DNA from: a virus
Direction: 5' to 3' (one strand)
DNA length: 64,000 nucleotides
Virus record (IMG/VR): IMGVR_UViG_3300025133_000023
Under the pieces are notes generated by a model. That model was not told the origin of the DNA and did not search any database. It was given only the letters and a program-made list of their open reading frames with translations. Every line of letters starts with the position of its first letter. Position 1 is the stretch's first letter. Made by a program: the position numbers and the translations under genes. Below, in pieces: positions 6,612 through 16,394 of the stretch.

Positions 6612-7478
6612 ATGAATACACGACCACCAATGATCATGACAGCAAGCAGCGTCACAGTCATTCTCCAAGGGAAAAGTCACACCATCTATCGTGACCATCC
6701 TTCTTGGCAGAACATCAGAAAAGCAATCGCGACTGAAGACTGGAACGCACTTCCAGACCTAATAGATGTCCAAGCAGCAATTGCTCGCTGGGCACAGGGG
6801 CGATACACCGTCACAGAAACAGAAGTTCTCTGCGACGGAGAACGTCTTCCTCCTGCCATCGAGACACGAGTGCTTGCTTTCCTTGCCGAAGGACTAAGTT
6901 TCGAGTATCTTCTCAAGTTCCATGAACGACTAGACGCTAACCCAAGTCATCGTGCAGTTACTGAACTGTATGATTTCCTTGAGAACAAGAACATCCCTAT
7001 CGGTGCAGACGGATGCTTCTACGCCTATAAGGCAATCAGATCAGACTGGAAGGATATTTACTCTGGTACTATTGATAACTCTATTGGTACATCACCCGAA
7101 ATGCCACGCAACAAGGTTGATGACAATAGGGACCGCACCTGCTCCAAGGGACTTCATGTTGGTGGCCTCCAGTATGTCAAGCTCTATGGTCGAGGTGACT
7201 CCAAATATGTCATCGTTAAGGTAGATCCAGCCAACGTTGTATCAGTCCCACGGGACCACAACGCACAGAAGGTAAGGGTAAGCACTTACGATGTTATCGA
7301 AGAGTACACCGGTCCACTTCCCGAGACTGTCTATGGACAGACCGTACCTGACTGGGTACAGGATGATTGGGAAGATGAGAGCTGGAACACAGATGAAAAG
7401 TACTGTCTCAAGTGTGATGATTGGCTAGAGGTAGCTTTCGATACTCTCGACTGCCCCACTTGTGGTGAAAGGTTTTAA
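6612..7478 (+). CDS. rIIB: RIIB-like protein with C-terminal Zn ribbon
   Basis: NPSHRAVTELYDFL, DGCFYAYK, MPRNKVDD, CSKGLHVG, VKVDPANVVSVP; terminal CxxC..CxxC. Confidence 0.9.
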   Translation: MNTRPPMIMTASSVTVILQGKSHTIYRDHPSWQNIRKAIATEDWNALPDLIDVQAAIARWAQGRYTVTETEVLCDGERLPPAIETRVLAFLAEGLSFEYLLKFHERLDANPSHRAVTELYDFLENKNIPIGADGCFYAYKAIRSDWKDIYSGTIDNSIGTSPEMPRNKVDDNRDRTCSKGLHVGGLQYVKLYGRGDSKYVIVKVDPANVVSVPRDHNAQKVRVSTYDVIEEYTGPLPETVYGQTVPDWVQDDWEDESWNTDEKYCLKCDDWLEVAFDTLDCPTCGERF

Positions 7479-7481
7479 TGC

Positions 7482-7510
7482 TTGATCCACAATTCTGTTT
7501 AGTATAAAAT
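7482..7510 (+). promoter_or_regulatory. sigma70-like promoter
   Basis: TTGATC-17 nt-TAAAAT; predicted +1 near 7516-7517. Confidence 0.55.
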
Positions 7511-7515
7511 AGTTG

Positions 7516-7659
7516 GAACTTGCTTAAGTCGCTGAGACCTTATGCTAAAAGCAGCTTAGAGGTTAAGACATATCAATATGATCGCCGTACTAGTCATGGC
7601 CTATCCAACGATCCTCTTTAACTAAGTCAATAGTAATCGTGTAAATCTTAAGCAAGTTC
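7516..7659 (+). ncRNA. candidate ~144-nt structured ncRNA
   Basis: Perfect 13-bp terminal inverted repeat GAACTTGCTTAAG/CTTAAGCAAGTTC, internal hairpins, no ORF. Confidence 0.55.
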
Positions 7660-7667
7660 TAGCTTAT

Positions 7668-7749
7668 ACTTCGTTCGTCTAACGGTTAGGACATAGGACA
7701 TTGGTTTTTCAAGCCAAGAATAGGGGTTCGATTCCCCTACGAAGGACCA
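7668..7749 (+). tRNA. tRNA-Glu(TTC) with 7-nt tandem duplication
   Basis: TT-TTC-AA loop, TAGGG T stem, CCA; TAGGACA repeated at 7687-7693 and 7694-7700. Confidence 0.8.
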
Positions 7750-7757
7750 AGCATCAT

Positions 7758-7833
7758 GGGCATGTAGCTTAGCGGCCAAAGCACTGGTATTACAAACCAG
7801 ACATCGTGGGTTCGAGTCCCCCCATGCCCACCA
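7758..7833 (+). tRNA. tRNA-Val(TAC)
   Basis: GGGCATG/CATGCCC acceptor, AT-TAC-AA loop, CCA. Confidence 0.92.
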
Positions 7834-7839
7834 AACAAC

Positions 7840-8073
7840 ATGCTACTAATAAGCTCAGCTCCAGAAGCAGAAGAGAAAGCTTTCGCAAGCTCAGACTATG
7901 CACACACGGATGTAGCCGTGGCCGTAGCTGCTGACTATCGGAAGTTTTATTCGCTCTACATCCACCTCCACGAAAAAGTTCTCTACAGCTTTGCTCCCCG
8001 TAAGGTGGGCGATACTATCGTCTTCCGTTGGAGACTACCACCTACGATAAAGGGAAAACACTTTGCAAATTAA
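7840..8073 (+). CDS. small hypothetical protein, MLLIS N-terminus
   Basis: Only ORF between tRNA-Val and groES. Confidence 0.65.
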   Translation: MLLISSAPEAEEKAFASSDYAHTDVAVAVAADYRKFYSLYIHLHEKVLYSFAPRKVGDTIVFRWRLPPTIKGKHFAN

Positions 8074-8350
8074 GCCAAAAGGTCCTTACATCCTAGTTCA
8101 GCTTGACACTGTCCCCGATCAAACCGCTTCTGGTCTTTACCTAGGCAGCTCAGCCCGTAAGATGAAGCAATGCAAGGGAATTGTTACTGCTATTGGCACT
8201 GCCGTATTTGATGTAGAACTAGGAGACAGAGTAATTCTCACTGTTGACTACGAACCTAGCTTCTGTGTCACCAACGATGAACAAGAAGAATTCGTTATCG
8301 TTGACGAAGAAGACGTCTGTGCAATCCTAACAGAAGAAGGGTCAAATTGA
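8063..8350 (+). CDS. groES: co-chaperonin GroES (Cpn10)
   Basis: IKPKGPYILV, TASGLYL mobile loop, GIVTAIG, VELGDRV, EEDVCAIL. Confidence 0.88.
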   Translation: MQIKPKGPYILVQLDTVPDQTASGLYLGSSARKMKQCKGIVTAIGTAVFDVELGDRVILTVDYEPSFCVTNDEQEEFVIVDEEDVCAILTEEGSN

Positions 8351-8610
8351 TTTACTTTGCTATTAGGCATAAAACAACCGGACTATTCATGGTTGGTAGC
8401 TCTAGATATAGTTCATGGAGTCCCATAGGAAGGACATGGGCTAATCCTTCTTCAGCCAAAGGACACATAACTCGGGTAAGAAATCTCATTCCAGGATTTA
8501 AGAAAAGACTAAACAGGGGGGCGATGAAGTGGCAAATTGATCAAGCTAACCTTAACCCCAGTGAATGGGAAATTGTTAAGGTTAAAATGATTGTAGACGA
8601 CACGGTTTAG
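8347..8610 (+). CDS. hypothetical protein
   Basis: Coupled to groES stop; fills gap. Confidence 0.65.
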   Translation: MIYFAIRHKTTGLFMVGSSRYSSWSPIGRTWANPSSAKGHITRVRNLIPGFKKRLNRGAMKWQIDQANLNPSEWEIVKVKMIVDDTV

Positions 8611-8673
8611 TAGTAAGATAGACACGAACCCTGGATAGACCGGAGTTCAGACTTCCCAAAGGTGGAGGACAAC

Positions 8674-9765
8674 ATGAAGAAATATTCTCTCGGCGTCGTA
8701 ATCGGACGCTTTCAGCCCGTACACCAGGGGCACATCGAAAACATACTGGTGCCTGCACTTGAGCAATGCGATAGAGTCCTAGTGACTCTCGGCTCGTGCC
8801 ATAAGCCACGAACAATTAAAAATCCTTTCACTGCTATTCAGCGTGAAGGTATGATCCTTGAAGCTCTTCGTAGTCACTATGACTACCCCCAACGAGCAGA
8901 ATTCACCAGCTTGTCGTTCAGGGACGCACGTGACTTCCCTTACGACAACAACAGATGGCGTGCTCAGATCCTGAGATTCGCTCATGAATTTGAAGACAAC
9001 GACTCGAAGATTGCTCTCTTCGGAGCAGAGAAGGATCATTCATCCTTCTACCTCAAGTTCTTCCCGCTATGGGCTCTGGTTGAGCCTGAAGGGCTTGGTA
9101 ACGGTTACAGTTCGACTGTTATCCGAGAGTACTTCTTCAGCGATTCTTTCAAGATGGATGCTCTTCATGCTCCGGCTGACTTGTTCACGAAGAACATGGT
9201 CAATCGAGGCCTTCCCTCTTGTAATATCGTAACTCTGAGTAACTGGGTCTTCACCGAGGAAGGTAAAAGACTTAAGACTGAGTACGATCACATCAAGAAG
9301 TACAAAGCTCAGTTCGAATCCTACCCCTATCCACCCATCTTCCACACCGTAGATAATGTAGTCCTATACAACGGACACATTCTCCTGGTGCAGCGTGGAG
9401 CCATGCCTGGCAAGGGCCTGTGGGCTCTCCCAGGTGGCTTCCTTAACGCCAATGAGTGGGCATTCCAAGGAGCAATGCGTGAGCTTGCCGAAGAAACAGG
9501 GCTCAAGCCCAAGCCCGAATGGTATAACCCCGAACCAAAAACGTTCGATCACCCCGGCCGATCTCTTAGAGGCCGAACGATCACTACAGCTTTCCTCTGT
9601 GTTGTCCCCTCTAGGTTTCCCGCACCCTCTGTTAAGGGAATGGACGACGCCGATCGAGCCTCTTGGATCCCAATGGATAGAGTACTTGGGGATTCCCCAG
9701 CTTATTCAAACATAATGTTCGAAGATCACATCGATATCATCAGAGAGATGGTGGAGAGGGCGTGA
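8674..9765 (+). CDS. nadM: bifunctional NMN adenylyltransferase / ADP-ribose pyrophosphatase (NadM-Nudix)
   Basis: IGRFQPVHQGH (HxGH), KNPFT, C-terminal Nudix box PGGF..AMRELAEETG, FEDH; GGAGG upstream of ATG 8674. Confidence 0.93.
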   Translation: MKKYSLGVVIGRFQPVHQGHIENILVPALEQCDRVLVTLGSCHKPRTIKNPFTAIQREGMILEALRSHYDYPQRAEFTSLSFRDARDFPYDNNRWRAQILRFAHEFEDNDSKIALFGAEKDHSSFYLKFFPLWALVEPEGLGNGYSSTVIREYFFSDSFKMDALHAPADLFTKNMVNRGLPSCNIVTLSNWVFTEEGKRLKTEYDHIKKYKAQFESYPYPPIFHTVDNVVLYNGHILLVQRGAMPGKGLWALPGGFLNANEWAFQGAMRELAEETGLKPKPEWYNPEPKTFDHPGRSLRGRTITTAFLCVVPSRFPAPSVKGMDDADRASWIPMDRVLGDSPAYSNIMFEDHIDIIREMVERA

Positions 9766-9992
9766 TTCTAATAAGCAATGCACCTGAGGCTAGTCTTCAA
9801 GAACTTTGCTTTATAATGCCTCGGTTTTTGCCAAGAAAAAATGAACCCATCTTTCTCGCAGTCTACTTGCCGTGTCAAAAGAGGCCAACAACAGATGTTG
9901 AATGGTTTACTTTCAGCGTCTTAATCTCTAAAAAGTTTTGGAAAGCAGAAGACGTCCCTCATACCCAAGGCGATAGACGCCAAGGAGAATGA
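9762..9992 (+). CDS. small hypothetical protein, MILIS N-terminus
   Basis: GTGA coupling to nadM and ATGA coupling to NAMPT. Confidence 0.65.
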   Translation: MILISNAPEASLQELCFIMPRFLPRKNEPIFLAVYLPCQKRPTTDVEWFTFSVLISKKFWKAEDVPHTQGDRRQGE

Positions 9993-11506
9993 CAAAAATG
10001 TTCATTCATGAAATCCCAATTGCAGTATTATCTGATAGTTACAAGGCAGGGCACCCTCGCCAGTACCCCGACAACATCAAGCAAGCAACAGCCTACGGAG
10101 AGTTCCGTAAGGCTATGTTCGGCAACGATCATCGGATCGTGTTCTTCGGAGGCCGCTACTATACAGAGACATTCCTTAATCGGCAGTGGACGATGGAAGA
10201 TATAGATGCAGCAGCATTGTTCTACTCCACTCACAATGTTCCCTTCACCCCCTATCCCTTTCCAGAAGAACTGTTCAGAAAATTCGTCCGAGAAAACGAT
10301 GGTTATTTCCCAGTTAAGGTGGAGATGATTCCAGATGGTACTGTTATCTACCCACACGTGCCTGTGTACCAAATCACCGCGTCTGATGATTATTCACGGC
10401 TCGTCACTTTCATCGAAACGGTACTTACGATGGTATGGCACCCGACCAGCGTTGCGACTCTCGCGGCCCACACCAGGAATGCGATTGTTTCATCGTTTGG
10501 ACGTAGCGCTGACGAGGAATCGTCCTGGAAGATAGATTCAAGGCTTCATGATTTTGGTTTCCGAGGCACTTCTTCAATCGAAAGTGCAATATTGGGAGGT
10601 ATGGGTCACCTACTCAGCTTTACAGGCAGTGACACCATGGCCGCCGCTTACTATGCTCAGATGGCATACAACGATGGGCGACCAGTGGCTATGTCAATCC
10701 CTGCCACAGAACATAGTGTAATGACAAGCTGGCCTGATGAACTCAGTGCCGTGCGAAACATGTTCAAGCGGTTCCCAGGAGGCTTGCTCGCCACTGTGGG
10801 CGACTCCTATGACTGGAAGGGCTTCCTAGACACAGTCGTTCCCATCATGGCTAAGGAGAAGCCTGAGGACCTCTTCTGGGTAATTAGACCAGACTCTGGT
10901 GACCCTCTTAAGTGTGTCCTTCAAGGGCTAGAAGCATTGGAGAAGAACTTTGATACTACTATCAACTCAAAGGGTTATAAGGTCATCAACGGAGCTGGGA
11001 TCCTTCAAGGTGATGGCCTGGACATATCATCACTCCTCAAAATCCTATATGGAGTGGAGGCTGCTGGCTTCTCTGTCGAAAACGTCGCATTCGGAATGGG
11101 TGGTGGGCTTCTCCAGAAGCATAACCGAGACACGATGGCTTTCGCCACCAAGCTATCCCAAGTGGTACTTGACGACGGCACTATCGTGGACAAGATGAAG
11201 TACCCCAAGACAGACAAAGACAAAGCTTCCATGCCGGGTAGACTCAAGGTCATCACCATGGCTGGTCATCCCGTGACTGTTCCTGAAGAATTCCATGTCT
11301 GGAGTGACTACGCTATTGAGACTAATCTCCTTAGGGTTGTCTACGATCATGGACCAGTAGAGGTTGAGCATCTCACCTTTGATGAAATGCGGGCAAGTCT
11401 TCTCATCCAGTGGGATCGATGCAAAGATGGCTATAATGCCATCCACCCCAGCCTTAAACGGAAGATGGAAACAATCATGGAGGCACACCGTGCTAACGGA
11501 AATTAA
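9989..11506 (+). CDS. nadV: nicotinamide phosphoribosyltransferase (NAMPT/NadV)
   Basis: DSYKAGH, LHDFGFRG, SIPATEHSVMTSW, VIRPDSGDP, FGMGGGLLQ. Confidence 0.93.
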   Translation: MTKMFIHEIPIAVLSDSYKAGHPRQYPDNIKQATAYGEFRKAMFGNDHRIVFFGGRYYTETFLNRQWTMEDIDAAALFYSTHNVPFTPYPFPEELFRKFVRENDGYFPVKVEMIPDGTVIYPHVPVYQITASDDYSRLVTFIETVLTMVWHPTSVATLAAHTRNAIVSSFGRSADEESSWKIDSRLHDFGFRGTSSIESAILGGMGHLLSFTGSDTMAAAYYAQMAYNDGRPVAMSIPATEHSVMTSWPDELSAVRNMFKRFPGGLLATVGDSYDWKGFLDTVVPIMAKEKPEDLFWVIRPDSGDPLKCVLQGLEALEKNFDTTINSKGYKVINGAGILQGDGLDISSLLKILYGVEAAGFSVENVAFGMGGGLLQKHNRDTMAFATKLSQVVLDDGTIVDKMKYPKTDKDKASMPGRLKVITMAGHPVTVPEEFHVWSDYAIETNLLRVVYDHGPVEVEHLTFDEMRASLLIQWDRCKDGYNAIHPSLKRKMETIMEAHRANGN

Positions 11507-12044
11507 AAGCCTTCTTAGTTCTAATCATAAGCTTAGTGCAACCATCTCTGGTGGTGGTATTGGTTTTTTCTCTAAACTATTAGTTCATGGAGGAGGGAGT
11601 GCTCTTCTTGTAAGAGGCCACATCCCCTACGGAACATCAACACTACACACAGCAGCTGCACCATGGCAACACGGTCAAGGGGCAGTCAGCCAAAGGACGG
11701 CTGAGAACGTTACAATTAATCTAGAACAAACATCTCATTGGCTTGATCCCAACGAGAGAGTTAATCATGTTTCCCTTTGTTGCACAGCAACTATGAAATC
11801 AGAAAGAGAACGTCAGGGAAGAGAGCATCGAGCTTGGATTTCCCTACGTGGAGACAAGAAGCCTAACAAAAGCCTTAAGATCTCCCTATCTCACTATCTC
11901 ACTCGTGAAGAGCAAGAAGATTTGCTTTCAGAACTACTCCTAAAATTACTCGCTGAGTATGTTGGAGTTAGTTCAGAAGGTAATGCTCTTGTCGAAGCGA
12001 AGAAGCAAGACAGCAACATCGTAGAACATAAGTCTCTAGAATAG
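11490..12044 (+). CDS. CinA/PncC-like domain protein
   Basis: SATISGGG..LLVHGGGS..IPYG and CTATM..R.GREHRAWI resemble the CinA-like domain of CinA-nucleotidyltransferase fusions; GTG 11490 with GGAGG. Confidence 0.55.
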   Translation: MLTEIKSLLSSNHKLSATISGGGIGFFSKLLVHGGGSALLVRGHIPYGTSTLHTAAAPWQHGQGAVSQRTAENVTINLEQTSHWLDPNERVNHVSLCCTATMKSERERQGREHRAWISLRGDKKPNKSLKISLSHYLTREEQEDLLSELLLKLLAEYVGVSSEGNALVEAKKQDSNIVEHKSLE

Positions 12045-12059
12045 GCATCAGCGTAAACA

Positions 12060-12959
12060 ATGGAACAAAAATATCTTGATCTTTTAGAAAACATTTTAGA
12101 GAACGGAACAGATAAAGGTGATCGAACGGGGACTGGCACTCGAAGCTTATTCGGGCGTCAGCTCCGTTTTGATCTGTCGGAAGGGTTCCCACTCCTTACC
12201 ACCAAGAAGATGTTCATGCGTGGGATTAAAGAGGAGCTGCTTTGGATTCTAAGTGGCTCAACAGACAATAGAAAGCTACAAGAAAAGAATGTAAACATCT
12301 GGAATGAATGGGCTACTGAAGAACAGTGTGCTAAGTTCGCTAGACAAGAAGGAGACCTAGGTCCAGTCTATGGACACCAGTGGCGTAACTTTGGAGCTAA
12401 CTGGGACCCTACGGGTGATCAACCAGAAAAAGAATGGTATGACTACAAAGCTCAGCGCTGGGTTAATCCAGTCTACATGTCAGATGGCATGGATCAGATA
12501 AGCAATGCCATTGATCTCATCAAAAACAATCCCAACTCTAGACGTATCATCGTCAACGGTTGGAATCCAAGTGAAGCAACGCAGGTCGCGCTACCTCCTT
12601 GTCATACCCTTTTCCAATTCTATGTCATTGAGGGTAAGCTTTCAGGCCAGCTCTACCAGCGGAGTGGAGATGTGTTCCTTGGGGTTCCGTTCAACATCGC
12701 ATCCTACGCTCTTCTGCTTCACCTCACCGCTCAAGCGACAAACCTGGAAGCTGGTGACTTTGTCCATACGTTCGGTGACGTTCACATCTATAACAACCAC
12801 TTCAAGCAAGTAGAAGAGCAGCTCAGTCGCACACCGCTAGAACTACCTACACTCTGGCTTAATCCAGAGGTAGATGACATCTTTAACTTCACTAGTGAAG
12901 ACATTAAGATTGTTAACTACAATTCTTATAAGTCAATCAAAGCACCAGTAGCAGTATGA
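12060..12959 (+). CDS. thyA: thymidylate synthase
   Basis: [43 protein letters not shown]. Confidence 0.98.
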   Translation: MEQKYLDLLENILENGTDKGDRTGTGTRSLFGRQLRFDLSEGFPLLTTKKMFMRGIKEELLWILSGSTDNRKLQEKNVNIWNEWATEEQCAKFARQEGDLGPVYGHQWRNFGANWDPTGDQPEKEWYDYKAQRWVNPVYMSDGMDQISNAIDLIKNNPNSRRIIVNGWNPSEATQVALPPCHTLFQFYVIEGKLSGQLYQRSGDVFLGVPFNIASYALLLHLTAQATNLEAGDFVHTFGDVHIYNNHFKQVEEQLSRTPLELPTLWLNPEVDDIFNFTSEDIKIVNYNSYKSIKAPVAV

Positions 12960-13023
12960 GATTTCAAGGTCAGTTGGTGAGTAGCCTCACTGGTCCCCTT
13001 CCTACTGGTATCACTTATTGCAC

Positions 13024-13974
13024 TTATCCGTTAGGTAAGTTGTCGATAATGTAACCCATCTCAACTAGAGTCCCTGCTTCAGGAATTATATCGAAGAAAA
13101 TCGTGTTAGTAGTCTCATCGTAATGCCAATATGGGAACTCTAGCGCATCTTCAAAAACGATAATACTATCTGGGACTGGTACAAACTCAAGCTCCCATGA
13201 CTCATAAGGTTCTAACTGAACAGTAGCTTCGGCTACGCCAGGTGACCAATCAGTATCCATAATATCGATCATGACACCACCGAAGTGGTCTACTACTTCT
13301 ACATACCCAGCGTTGTCGTTGGGATTAGTAATTGCTGCTGCAAATGTAGACCCCTCAGGGCGGAGTCCCTCATACCAGGAAATCCATTCATTTAAAGGCA
13401 TTGAAGACTGATCGTACTCGTCGCTAACAAAAACGGTTAGCAGGGTAACATCATCGCGCATCCATTCCCAAGAAGCCGGATTATTCTCAATGTATTCGTA
13501 AGCAGAATCTCGTCCCGACTCCCACTGCCCTTGCATAATGGAGTTGTACATATCAAGAGCTTCGTCGATACCATCACCTGGTACAAGAGGGAACTGGAAG
13601 GGTTCGTTAGCCGCATTGGACGGGGTAGCACTAATCATCATTAGTCGCCAACCGTGCGGCGGCAAAGCATTTATCATTGCTTCAATACCTGCTAGGACTC
13701 TTCCGGCATCGTTGTTCATAGAGCCAGAGAAGTCCAACACCCATAAAATATCAGTGCCATTAGAAGTAGATGGTTGGATAAAATGCTCAACCCAGACATC
13801 ACCTTGAGGATCACCATTGGGAATCTCAACTTCAACCTCAACAATTACCTTAACAGGGACCTCAACAGGCACTTCAATATATTCAGTTTCCCCACCATAA
13901 ATAGCATAATCACTACAACCAATTAATATAAGAGGGATAAGGATTGTAAACAGTTTATTTAATAGACGCTTCAT
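13024..13974 (-). CDS. vWA-domain lipoprotein
   Basis: Signal peptide with lipobox-like LIGC, DILWVLDFSGSM, FVSDEYDQS. Confidence 0.75.
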   Translation of the reverse strand: MKRLLNKLFTILIPLILIGCSDYAIYGGETEYIEVPVEVPVKVIVEVEVEIPNGDPQGDVWVEHFIQPSTSNGTDILWVLDFSGSMNNDAGRVLAGIEAMINALPPHGWRLMMISATPSNAANEPFQFPLVPGDGIDEALDMYNSIMQGQWESGRDSAYEYIENNPASWEWMRDDVTLLTVFVSDEYDQSSMPLNEWISWYEGLRPEGSTFAAAITNPNDNAGYVEVVDHFGGVMIDIMDTDWSPGVAEATVQLEPYESWELEFVPVPDSIIVFEDALEFPYWHYDETTNTIFFDIIPEAGTLVEMGYIIDNLPNG

Positions 13975-14740
13975 CTGACTGTGCCTCCTCGAGTATCTTT
14001 TCAAGCTCAATAATTTTTAGGACCTGACTTAAAAAGTCTCTAATTCTATGTGCTGGTTCAGCAATAGAAATCTCAGACCAATCACTACCATTGGTACTTA
14101 CAATAGCGATAAGCATCCCAATTATTTCACCGTCCTTGATTACAGGACTACCTGATGAGCCTTGAGCAGCAGGTAAGCTTAAGAAATAATCACCGGTAAG
14201 AGGATCAACAAAGGAGAAGCTACCTTCCTTTTTAATGGGAAAGATACCAAAGGGTGCCTGAATACTGATGATTCTGTCATCAAATCGAGGTGTATAGTTA
14301 TCGCTGATTGGGTATGCTGGAAGACTAGTTTCAACCTCAAAGATACATAGATCAGGGTTAAGGTTAAACCAAATAACCTTACCTTCAGAGGTTGTGTCTA
14401 GCACAGTACGAATCTCAATAAACTCATGAGCTAGCTTAGTCAAGGGATTTACACATACATGCCCAGCGGTAAGCATGAGAGTCTTGCCGTTAGGCTGTAG
14501 CTTAACAGCCGTAGCTGTGCCACTGCCTCTAAGTGGAAGCTCTCCTGGTATAGTGTTACTTCTTACACGAACTAATGCCGTGCTTAAAGCTAAAGGGTTG
14601 CTTGTAGCTTGGGTTAGTGTTAGAGTATCTTCTACTTTAGGGGCCATCGCCTGGACTAAGCTTTCATCTGCAATGAAGGCTAAGTCCATCATAGGGACCA
14701 AAAGCAGTGCTACCAACACGCTTAAGAATTTCCTTTTCAA
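13955..14740 (-). CDS. secreted/membrane trypsin-like serine protease
   Basis: LTAGHVC, DLC, GSSGSPV; TTG start at 14740 with AGGAG, hydrophobic N-terminus. Confidence 0.85.
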   Translation of the reverse strand: MKRKFLSVLVALLLVPMMDLAFIADESLVQAMAPKVEDTLTLTQATSNPLALSTALVRVRSNTIPGELPLRGSGTATAVKLQPNGKTLMLTAGHVCVNPLTKLAHEFIEIRTVLDTTSEGKVIWFNLNPDLCIFEVETSLPAYPISDNYTPRFDDRIISIQAPFGIFPIKKEGSFSFVDPLTGDYFLSLPAAQGSSGSPVIKDGEIIGMLIAIVSTNGSDWSEISIAEPAHRIRDFLSQVLKIIELEKILEEAQSDEASIK

Positions 14741-14785
14741 TTTCGTCTCCTTTTCAGGGGCGGTACCCCTTATACTTAGCATATC

Positions 14786-15319
14786 ATGGTCAACCAAGAA
14801 CTTACCAGCCAACTATCTTTTTGGGACAGTATCCACGATGGGTATTACATTGCTGTAACCAGCGGAGGCTTTGATCCCCTACATGTAGGGCACCTACGGT
14901 CTATCATCAATATGAAGCTCGCAGTTAGAGACTATCTTGTCCTTAAAAAAAAGAAAATCGACAAAATAGATAGGCCTATTCTTTCTGTTGTCATTGTCAA
15001 CGGACCCAATTTCTTAGCTCAGAAAAAGGGATATGAATTCATGCCTCTTGTAGAACGCATGGAAATCATCAAGAACCTCCAAGGTGTAGATTATGTAGTC
15101 CCTTGGGATCAAGTAGGTGATGACTCTACTGTTATCAACGCTCTCTCCATTATTAAGCCTCACTTCTTTTGCAAGGGTGGAGACCGCACCAAAGAATCCG
15201 GACTAGCTGAACAAGCAGTGTGTGATAGTTTGGAGTGTGAAATCATATATAATGTAGGAGGCGGGAAGATTCAAAGCTCTTCCTGGTTAGTAGATGCTGC
15301 TGATAAGCACAAAACTTAG
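14786..15319 (+). CDS. cytidylyltransferase-like protein (TagD/RfaE-II/FAD synthase family)
   Basis: SGGFDPLHVGH, ERMEII..L..VDYV, KGGDR, KIQSSS. Confidence 0.88.
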   Translation: MVNQELTSQLSFWDSIHDGYYIAVTSGGFDPLHVGHLRSIINMKLAVRDYLVLKKKKIDKIDRPILSVVIVNGPNFLAQKKGYEFMPLVERMEIIKNLQGVDYVVPWDQVGDDSTVINALSIIKPHFFCKGGDRTKESGLAEQAVCDSLECEIIYNVGGGKIQSSSWLVDAADKHKT

Positions 15320-15500
15320 CTATCAAACCCTACCAAATGAACCACTAATCGCCTGGACTATTCGCCTAGATAAAGACCTTGTTCTTTTATTTGCTCGCCT
15401 TCATAAGGGGAGATGGTATGGTGAAAAAATCAGGAACTATCATATATGGAATAGAAAGCGGTCTAGACAACCAAGCTTGCTCCATGGCGACAAGGCCTAG
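15294..15500 (+). CDS. small hypothetical protein, MLLIS N-terminus
   Basis: Fills gap; first 26 nt overlap the upstream gene. Confidence 0.5.
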   Translation: MLLISTKLSYQTLPNEPLIAWTIRLDKDLVLLFARLHKGRWYGEKIRNYHIWNRKRSRQPSLLHGDKA

Positions 15501-15559
15501 GCCTAAAAGTGAATATCCTTCATGGATTAAACGCCTTCCCCTTGCTCATAGGAAAAGAT

Positions 15560-15796
15560 ATGCTGTTGATATCCCAAGAGATGAGAATCTCTAAGCCTTG
15601 GTACACACGAATCTCTTTCATCCTAGGGGTTGATGATTATTGGATAGATACTTGGGAAGTCAATGCACTCTTTGCCTTCCTAGATATCACCGTAAGATCA
15701 GAGTGTGAAGACTCCCCCATAGATGTGTTCACTCTCGTACTCGAAGAGGACCACCCAATTCATGCAAAAAATAAAATTAGTAAAGTCAACCGATAA
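15560..15796 (+). CDS. small hypothetical protein, MLLIS N-terminus
   Basis: ATG 15560 preceded by AGGAAA, within track ORF 15509-15796. Confidence 0.6.
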   Translation: MLLISQEMRISKPWYTRISFILGVDDYWIDTWEVNALFAFLDITVRSECEDSPIDVFTLVLEEDHPIHAKNKISKVNR

Positions 15797-16388
15797 GATT
15801 CTGTCTACTCCGACAGAAATTGTTACCGACATAAGTACTCAAGTCATTCCCTACATTGCCACCATGAGGACCATCATGAGACAAAACAGTGGAGTAGCTA
15901 TTGCTGCTAACCAAGTAGGATTGCCTTATCGATTCTTCCTTGACAGGGGTGAAATTTATATCAACCCTACAATTGAAGTAATTGATGCTACAGAAATCCA
16001 AGGACAAGAAGGATGTCTCTCCTTCCCTGGAGGCGCCTGGCTTTGTAAAAGATTCACAGCCATAGCCTTAACCTATGAGACAACCAAAGGGAAAGAGAAA
16101 ATCATTACGGTTCGCCTTCCTGATATAGTTAAAACTAGAGCAGATCAAGCTACTGTCTCTAAATTACTCTCTTTCCAACATGAGGTAGACCATTTAAATG
16201 GCATCCTCTTAACAAATCATGGAGAAAAAATTAAGCGCACCTTTGGTGAGCCTGAAGAGGAGCCTATCTCTTTGGTAGACGCTCGAAAACTTCCCGTGGT
16301 ATCCTTGGCTCAGCTACAGAGGCTAATGGTAAGAGATAAAAAGCTTGCTGCACAAGCACAAGCAGCAGCAGCAGACAAAGACGAGTAA
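15762..16388 (+). CDS. def: peptide deformylase
   Basis: GVAIAANQVG, EGCLS, QHEVDHLNG motifs. Confidence 0.93.
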   Translation: MQKIKLVKSTDKILSTPTEIVTDISTQVIPYIATMRTIMRQNSGVAIAANQVGLPYRFFLDRGEIYINPTIEVIDATEIQGQEGCLSFPGGAWLCKRFTAIALTYETTKGKEKIITVRLPDIVKTRADQATVSKLLSFQHEVDHLNGILLTNHGEKIKRTFGEPEEEPISLVDARKLPVVSLAQLQRLMVRDKKLAAQAQAAAADKDE

Positions 16389-16394
16389 TAACAT

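Noticed and set aside
8611-8673. Hairpin and AGACACG words upstream of nadM as an NAD riboswitch
   Set aside because: The partner GCGTTGCG segment of the NAD+-I motif is absent; only a short hairpin remains.
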